Shown: piece after piece, positions 55,684-64,000 of the stretch | Numbering within the stretch: the first letter of the stretch is position 1 | How the letters are laid out: each line of letters opens with the position of its first letter | Translations under genes and position numbers: made by a program | Notes under the pieces: generated by a model | Databases searched by the model: none | What the model was told of the DNA's origin: nothing | What the model saw: the letters and a program-made list of their open reading frames with translations, nothing else | Source: Lama glama | Taxonomy: Eukaryota | Direction: 5' to 3' | Assembly: GCA_028534125.1 (NCBI GenBank) | Contig: CM052842.1 | Location: 1,178,001 to 1,242,000, forward strand | Length of the DNA stretch: 64,000 nt

Positions 55684-58600
55684 CGTCTGGGGAGAGCGAG
55701 GGATTTGGGAACCCTCCCTTGAGCACCCAGCCAGGCGGCCCTGGAGATGGCGCGGGAGGGTTTGGAGCCCGAGCAGCGGGAGCGGGCTTGGGGCTTAGTC
55801 TCTACACCGCCCGTGCCAGGAAGCACTTAGCCTTTTGGTCTGGCTTGTGTGCACTGGAGGCCAGGCTGGTACCCCACCTACCTGCCCTCCACCCCGATCA
55901 GGTGGGCTGCACTCTGGGAGCAGGGACCCCAGCCTCTTCCTTGGACAGAGACTTCTGGAACTCAGGCCTCCCAAGCCAATGCCTGGACCAGCAGTCAGTA
56001 ATTTTGCTGAATGAATGAATGAATGAGTAAAATAAGAAATGAGTGATAGAGGGATGAAGAGTGACAGTTGGATAACTCAGGAATTGATGAGAAGAGGCCT
56101 TCCTGGAAGCGCTGGGGAGTGGCTGTGGGTGGTGGAGTGAGCCCCGCCCGAGGGCTGCAGCCTCAGGGTCAGCATCCCCCCTCCCCCCGCTTCTCCCATC
56201 TCCCTGGGCTGAGGGGGAAACCTGGGGCTCCCGGCTCCACCCCTGCAGAGGGGGCCTTGTCCTCTAACTTGGGACCCAGGGCAGCAGGTGGCCCCAGCCA
56301 GGCAATGAGATGGACAGACTTCAAGATGGACAGAAAGATGCCTTCCTGTGGTGACCTGGGGTCTTGATCCAGGGAGGCCTTGAAGGGGAGGGCTGTTCCC
56401 TCTGAGGGAGCACAGCTGGGAGGAAGGCTTAAAGATTAGCTAATCAACAATCAAGCGATTTTTTGGTAAATGTCCCCCAGTGTTAACTGCAGTGATCACC
56501 ATGGTTACCGGGCTTCCAAATCCCCGGAGTCTCCAGGCAGAGCCCTCCCGCTCAAGCCAGCCATTCCATTTCTACCCTGTGGAGGTTTGATGAGGCCAAG
56601 GAAAGTCCTCAGTGACGGTCACAGACGTGCACAGGCCCCAGGGGCGAAGGCCCAGCGTCCGGGTCAGCGGGGACGTGCCGACCACGGGCACGGATGCAGG
56701 GCTGTGGCCCCTGGGCGCCCGGGCGGCGGTCTGACAAGCCGTGTGAGGAAGACTACGCGCACCCCAGGTTGGAGACGCTCGGGCACGGCCGCCTGGGAGA
56801 ACAGCGTGGCTGGTCTCTGGGGCTGGATGTCTTGCTCCCCGTGATCAAGTGATCTCCTTCTGGCATTTCACCCAGTGCCATGTCTCCAGCGTGTCCACAA
56901 GGAGAATGCGTACGGTCACACTGTTCACAAGAGCAGACATCCTGAAGCAGGCCGAATGCCCACCAACGGGAGGACGTGTTGGTGAGGCGCGATGTGGCCA
57001 CGATGGGTATTTATACAACAGCTGCAAGGAGTGAACGAGCATCGCAGATCAACATGGATGCATGTTGGCAACGCGAAGTTGAGGAGCTAAGTCCCAGCAG
57101 GTTACACAAAGCTGATACTCATACATGCATTACTTTATACTGTCGTTCACGTAAATGTGACAGAAAAAATCGCTTTATAGACAATAAAACTGTGTCAGCT
57201 ATCAACTATCCTCATTACCATCCTCATCATCATCTACCTGCCTGCCTGCCTGTCTGTCTTCATCTTCATCTTCATCATCATCTATCAGTCGTGCATCTGG
57301 AGAAAGCAAGAACAGTCAACTCGAGAGTCCAGAACCTGCGGCTGCTGCCCCAGGACGGGGAGGTACGGCTTGCAGTGGGCCACGGGGGACTGAGAAGGGT
57401 CCCGCAGGGAGCAGCAGGTTGTCAGCAACGCTAGTCTTCCTGTTGGTTGGTGAGTTCGCGGAGGGTTGTTATATTATTAAGAAGAAGAAAGAATCGAGGG
57501 ACCAGTGATGAGTGGGTATCACAGACCAAAGGTTCTGAGTAAGATTTGATTTTATGCACCTGAAGTATCAGAAACGCTCTCACACGGGTATTTCTGACTC
57601 GTTTTACCTCTTCCGTTGTCACAGATTCTCAGGCTGTTTCAGTCCCCCTTTTTACATTTTCTGCACGAGACCTAGAATCAGCCATTTCTCTGAAAAGCTC
57701 TGGCTTCTTTCAGTTTGAAGTGGCATTTCGGGACCGCAGTCTGAGTTCCAGACTTTATGCTTTTATACGGGTTCCTCCAGCCCAGATTTGGGACCCTGGG
57801 GTTTTCTTTTCTTTTTTTCGTATTTCATCTTCCACACTGAGCATTCTGGAACACAGAGGAAAATAAAATTGTTAGAAATTTTTAGAATTAGCATATTTTG
57901 TAATTACTCATTCATTTTATCCCCTATCCCCACACAATAGTCTCAGAATAACAGTACTAAAACCATCACCAGTGATCTTTACTGAGAACATTTGAAATCG
58001 ATTTTTGCGTCCCCTTCACGTTTTCTTCGGTCCTGCTGCAGGCACGTAGTCACTACCTGCCACGCCGGCTGCCTCTGACGCTCACGTGGCTGTGGGTCTC
58101 CCTGTGCTTTGTCTTCAGTCAGCCACCCAGTCTTCACCTCACTGTGTCTGCGCTCCATCCGATTGTCCGGAGCTCTTCCTCTGGGAGATTCCTCAGGAAT
58201 TGCTCATGAAAACAAAATTCCCTGTTTTTCGAGGTTGCTGGATTCAAGCCCTTGAACCACATTTCTTCCCCTGGAGTTTTCCAAGTACGTCCCTCCCCTT
58301 TCTTGTGGCTCAGGGCACCACCCTTCTAACAGTGTGCTGTTGTTAGCGGGGATGAGGTGGGTGGGTGTCTTGGACGGACTCCAAACCCCCTCACCGGCTG
58401 GCCCCCCACCATTCCAGAATCTTTCCATTGGCTTGAGAAAATGCTGCCTCACAAGCTGGTTGACCCCTCTGATCTGCTGACAGTTCCTATAAGCAACAAC
58501 TTGAGAGAGCTGGGACATCAAAAGGATGGGAAAAGAGGGGCCAAATTGGGAGCCCCAAGGCGCTGATGAAGCAGGGAGCAGACATGGCTCCAAAGTGAGG

Positions 58601-59686
58601 GTGTGGGGAGCCCCTCTGAGCTCGCCAGATGCTGTATGTGGGTATGGGTGTGGGTGTGGGTGTGGGTGATGGGGCTGCTGTGGCCTCAGTGCACCCTGCA
58701 CCCTATGCCCGAGCGTCCACAGCTGGGATCCGTCTGCTCTAGAACCAGCTTCTTCTCCCACCTTCTCTGAACCAGCCCTGGTCACAGCCTCACCCCTTGT
58801 CTGTCTGGAAAGTGTACTCCAGCCCCTACCCTTCAAACTGGGATCAGTCTTGAGAGTTGGGGGCCACTAGGTGCACTAGGAAGAGGGGGCTCGTCTCAGA
58901 CCACCTGCATCACATGCGGGACACGCCACGCCCTGGATGCAAGAGCGATAAACGCCACCCCCCCCGCACATACGACATCCCCATGTGAGCAGCAACACCT
59001 GGGGGCTCAGCCCTCGACCAGCTGTGTCCTGTCCACCCTGCCCAGTGGACACACCTGGCTCCATGCACCTGGGACAGCCTCAGGGTCAGAACACCATCCT
59101 TCTCATGGGAGTGGGGGGCACAAGCACCTAGCCCTCCTGCCTCTCCCTCCCTGGACCCCTGTTTTCCTCCACTTAAGTCCCCTTTCCCACTCACCCATTA
59201 GGGTTTTGACCCCCACCTCCAGCCCCATCCAACGGCCTCCCTCCTGGACCACCCTACTCAGGATCCGGCACTGAGGGTGCGGTGGAGGAGTAAGCACGGT
59301 GGAAAGGAGCCCCTGGGAGCCAGTGCAGGTGTCCAGGTGACAGCAGGTGCGGACTGGGGGTTGGTGGCAGGGGTGACCTGGGGGAGGGCGTGAGAAGTGC
59401 TTTGGAGCTGGACATGAAAATAAAGGGTTGGCATCTTGATTCAGAAGTCTCAGCTGGGGGCAGCTGGTGTGACTGAGTGCTCTGACTGGACCAGAAGGAA
59501 GAATTAGAGATTAAATGAGCAAAAATTAAGATTTATTCTTGGTACTTGTTCCTAATCTTTTCCTGGATTTGGCTGATAATTCCAGACATCAATTACCTTA
59601 GCTGCTTCGGCGCACGGTGGTTGGTTTTCTTGGCAAGCACTTCGGGTCCCAAGGGACCACCGTTTATGCCCGTTGAGATTTGTTCA

Positions 59687-61378
59687 CAGTTGATTCTCAC
59701 TTATTCAGATTCCGTATTTGTGAGTTTGCCTACTTTCTAAAATTTATTTGTAACCCCAAACCAACGTCTGTGGCACGTTCATGGCTGTTCACGGACGTGT
59801 CCTGAGCAGCAAAGGTCAGAGCCATCAACGTGCATTCCCAGCTGAGGCTGAACAGGGGAAACTTTATCTTCTTGTTCCCTGGTCTGTTTGGTGCCGTGTC
59901 ATTTTATTTTGCATTTTTGTGCTTTTTGTTGGTGATTATGCTGTTTAAAATGGCCCCTGGTGGTGGAGCTGAGGTGCTGTCTAGTGTCCTGAGCAGAAGG
60001 AAGCGGGGCTGTGCCTTAGAGAGAAAACGCGCATGTCAGAAGGGCTTCGTTCAGATGTGGGTTCCAGTGCTGCTGGTCGTGAGTTCATCGTTAATGAATC
60101 AATGGCATATGTTAAATAAACACGCAAAACAAAGTTATGTTTTTCCCAGTTTAACTGAGCTACAACTGACATATGGCATTACTACGTTGAAGGTACGTGG
60201 CATCGTGACTGGATGTGTGTATACATTGAGGGGATCTGATACATGTGCACCTCAGTGAATGTGCTTAGCATCCATAACCTCAGTTACAGGTTGTGTTTTT
60301 CTAAGGATGAGAAATTTTGAGATCTACTCTCCTGGCAACTTTCAAGCATGCAGCACAGTGTTGCTAACTCTAGTCGCTGTGCTGGGCGCTACATCCCAGG
60401 ACTTGTTTATCTGATAACTGGAACTTGGCACCTTTTGACCAGCTTCACCCGTGTCCTCCACCCTCCACCACTTGCCTGTGGCAACCACCAATCTGTTCTC
60501 TGTGTCTATGAGTGTTTATTTTTTTGTTTCACATGTAAATGAGATCATGCAGTCTTTGTCTTTCTCTGTCTAACTTACTTCACTTTGCATGAAGCCATCA
60601 AGCCCCATCCATGTTTCCCAAGTGTCAGGACGCCCTTCTTTCTTATGGCTGGGTGACTTTCCACTGTGTGCGTCTCACACCTTCATCTGTTCATCCATCC
60701 TCAGATGCTTATGTCGCTTCCTTGTCTTGAGTATTGTAAATAACGCTGCCGCAAACACCGGGGTGCAGGTGTCTCTTCAATATAGTGGTCTTGTTTCCTT
60801 CGGATAAACACCCAGAAGTCACATTGTCGGATCGTAAGGCAGCTCTATTTTTAAACTCTTGAGGAACCTCCACACTGTTTTCCACAGTGGCTGCACCAAT
60901 CTACATTCCCACCAACAGTGTGTGAGGGGTCCCTTTCCTCCACAGCCTTGTCAACACTTGTCATTTGCTGTCTTTTTGACAACAGCCAGTCTGACAGGTG
61001 TGCAGTGATGTCTCAGTGTGGTTTTGACTTGTCTTTCCCCGATGGTTAGTGATGCTGAGCGTCTCCTTGCGTACCTGCTAGCTATCTGCATGTCTCCTTG
61101 GGAGACAAATCTGTTCAGGTCCTCTGCCCATTTTTAAGTAGGATTATTTGGTTTTTGTTTTTGAGTTGTATGCGTTCTCTCTACATTTTGGATATTAACC
61201 CTTACTCAGATGTGTGATTGGCAGACATTTATGTGTTGATCGGCTGTTGGAAAAGAGGCCACAGGTTCCCAGGAACCTAGCCCTGTGTTTCCCTGGGAGC
61301 AGTGACTCCGTACCCCGCAATTCTGTGTTCTTGCTGACTTCATAGAACAGAACCTCTATAAATAATGAAAATCGACTG
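59687..61378 (+). mobile_element. MER82 (Tigger-family DNA transposon) interrupted by L1
   Basis: TIRs CAGTTGATTCTC and GAAAATCGACTG; internal aaaatttatttgtaaccccaaa and gctgtttaaaatggcccc match recalled MER82. Confidence 0.8.
60141..61228 (-). mobile_element. 5'-truncated L1 inserted in MER82
   Basis: Antisense L1 3' end (gaggaacctccacactgttttccacagtggctgcacc); putative TSD TTATGT at 60135-60140 and 61229-61234. Confidence 0.85.
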
Positions 61379-63792
61379 TTTGCAGCCCAGGAGAGTCCTT
61401 TGAAAAATCTGTTACAGGACACTTAAAACGACAGCCTCATTTCCTTCCTTTGCAGCAGAAATGACCTTCCCATATGATACCCATGGTCCCAGTAGCTGGG
61501 CGCCAATGGGAGGCTGTTCGGCATGTTCTGTGCTCCGCCAGGTTTGTAGACGTAACCGTTTCCCAGGTGGTAGCACAGATATTTGCAGATTCAGGCTCCA
61601 GGTGTCCTAGGCAATGCTGGACATTGACACCTGCCTTCCCTCGGATATAACTGCTCATCCCGGCTGGTTCAAGGACAGCAGAGTTGAATTTCCTTTATAC
61701 GGCAGTTCTCAGGCCATCAGAGAACAAGGAGAGAGGCCACACTGACCAGTGATGTCCAGTAAGTGCCCCCTCAATACCACCTGGTCCCTGACCTTTAAAG
61801 GCACCAGATGCCACAGTGAGGAGAAAGCGCAGAGCCCTCCCAAGCGGGGGGAGGCCGGCCCTCCCCCAGGGTTGGTGGTGGTGTGACCTCCTGACTAGTG
61901 CATTGCCCTTTGTTGGTCTCCCAAGCTCACTTCCTGCCAAGGCCAGTCTCCTGGAAGGGACCTCCCTCTGGTGTCCCTACTTGGGACAGCAAGTCATTCT
62001 CATTGTGATCCTGGGTGGAGGAACCCAGGGTGGACTGTAGGCACCCAGGTTGAGGATGGGACTCCGCCTTCCAGTTTCCTTGGGAACCATGGATGCTCTG
62101 GCTCACGCAGTTCCCAGGAACGTGCGTTCGGGCGGGCTGCGTCTGCCAGTCTCCACATGTCACCTCAACTCCTCAACTCCAACAATGACAATTTGCCAGG
62201 AAATCCAAACATACTTGTGGCAGAACAATAACTGTGCATGGACTTCCTTCCGCCAGGATGTACCTGGTGCCTGGCTGCATGTCTGCCACTAGCGAGGAGC
62301 GGGTTTCTCCAGCCTCCGCAGGCAGACCCGCTGGCTGGCCTGCTGCACCCCGAGCCGTGCTGTGTGCGCCCCAGCTCTGGTCTAGAAGACTTCTGTTCTC
62401 TGGCTGCTGTTAGTAGGTAAAAGCTAGACCTTTAGAGGAGCTCGGATAATGAGAAAGAAGTCTTACCGGTTTTCGATCAACGAAAAGTCTTTTCTCTTGT
62501 GACTAATTAAACAGATGCCACACTCATGTGAAAAGTAACTCGGTTAAGAACACCGATTGTTCGGAAACCCATGCTGCGGTTGATGGCCGTGCCAGGTGAC
62601 CATGGCACCCCACAGGCGCTCCGTGAACTGGCAGGACGCTTCGGGGAGAAGTAATAGCAGAAGTGTGACGGCTCCTACTGGCATGACTCATTTTTGGCGC
62701 TTAAACTAACAATGGGAGGGGGCAGGTACGTGGCTAATTCTAGACACCACTGACAGGAGGTGATCATTTGGGTTGACAATCAGTCCTGACGGGGCTACAA
62801 ACTTTTCTGTGCAACATTTCCAGGTGGTTTAACAACTACGGTGCTGCACTGGGTGAAGGGCAGGGGTGGGGGTGGGATGACCCTGAGAGAATCAGCTGCC
62901 TCACCCCCTCACCCACCCGTGAAGACCCGCTTTCTGATGAGCAGGGAGAAAGCTACGTAGTGCCACTGAGGGGACAGAGAGGTGCTGTGATAAAGGGGGT
63001 TTCTCCGTCTCAGGAGCTGACATAACATTACTCTCAGGGCCACTCTTTGGTGGCAATAATAACTGGGTCAAAGTGGTGATGGCTGTTGAGAAACAGGATG
63101 AAGAATGAGGGCACTGACCGCCACCAAGGGGACAGGCGCCAAGGCTAGCAGCCCAGGAGCCACTGCCCCTCAGATGCCCCCCGATCCACTCTGGAGGAAT
63201 CAGATCTAGCCGTGAGGACTGGGGAGACGGTGCTGCGGTCCCAGAGCGTCGCCCCAAACGGGTGAGTTTACATGGGAATGGGGCACTTCGCCCTTAGCCT
63301 CCCTCTGCGGCCCGGACTCGGTTTTGGGGGGTGACGGTGCAGCTGTTGGACCCACCCCCGCGGCTGCAGGAGCGTTAACAGTGCGGCACCCACGAGGCAG
63401 CACGCGGCCACTCCGACCAGAGAGGGCCTGAGGCGGGTTTGTGCCCACTGCCGGCCACAGGCAGAGGAAATGGTCTGTAGGGGGCAGCACACTCGTGGGA
63501 CCACTTCCCCATGGGTGTTGCCCTTCAAGCTCCAGCAGTCACAGGGGAGATGCTGACCCTCTCGGGCCCTGCGCCCCACAGGGCCGGGCCGGCTCCTGAC
63601 AAGCCCAGGCCGGCTGCGTCAGGACACCGCTTTGCCCACGAGCCAGCGCCCCAGGAGCGCTGAGCAGCAGGTTCGCAGCGGGATTTGCCCGGTGTGCCCC
63701 TTTCCTTTCTTCTGACTCTTTTCCTTCTCGATGACATCGTCCCCAGGGGAGGAAAGAAGGCTTGCTACCAGTTGTTAACCCTTCCTTTTCTT

Positions 63793-64000
63793 GTATGTGT
63801 GAGTGTGTATATATGTGTGTTTCTGTGAGTGTGTATATGCGTGTATATGTCTGGTTGTGTGTGTATGTGTGTATACATGTGTATATGTGTGTATATGTAT
63901 GGTCTGTATGTGTGTGTATGTATGTGTATACGTGTGTATGTGTGTGGGTGTGTATCTGTGTGTATATACATCATGTGTGTATGTGTGTGTATATGTGTGT
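63793..64000. repeat. (TG/TA)n low-complexity microsatellite
   Basis: Degenerate tgtgtata/tgtgtg array running to the window end. Confidence 0.9.

Noticed and set aside
48600-59500. Additional Ly6 paralog (e.g. Cys-rich stretch near 54590-54700)
   Set aside because: No LxCxxC...CCxxDLCN pattern with matching phase-1 exons found by eye.
61380-63100. Possible ERV or other viral coding remnant
   Set aside because: Only vague integrase- or env-like words, no sustained frame or diagnostic motif. Would need BLASTx.

Overview
Mammalian genomic DNA, most likely a camelid, judged from three tRNA-Ala-derived SINEs resembling the camelid Vic-1 family. Gene order matches human 8q24.3 read in reverse: GLI4 (minus, 3 coding exons, 388 aa, fingers partly masked by N), ZFP41 (minus, one coding exon), GPIHBP1 (minus, 4 exons, 175 aa) and LY6H (plus, 140 aa, plus a 161-aa isoform whose ATG is split by an intron). 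Intergenic DNA is rich in L1, MIR, MLT/ERV LTRs and DNA transposons, several nested with intact target-site duplications. Main observations: (1) a perfect 107-bp inverted repeat brackets the LY6H promoter, first exon and signal-peptide exon; inversion would point that cassette at the splice-phase-compatible exons of the Ly6-family gene GPIHBP1 (speculative); (2) ZFP41 has a 1-nt frameshift plus several degenerate finger substitutions, suggesting lineage-specific decay; (3) a solo ERV1-type LTR with four CCAAT boxes sits inside a SINE just upstream of ZFP41. Gene and repeat names come from recalled sequences, not database searches.
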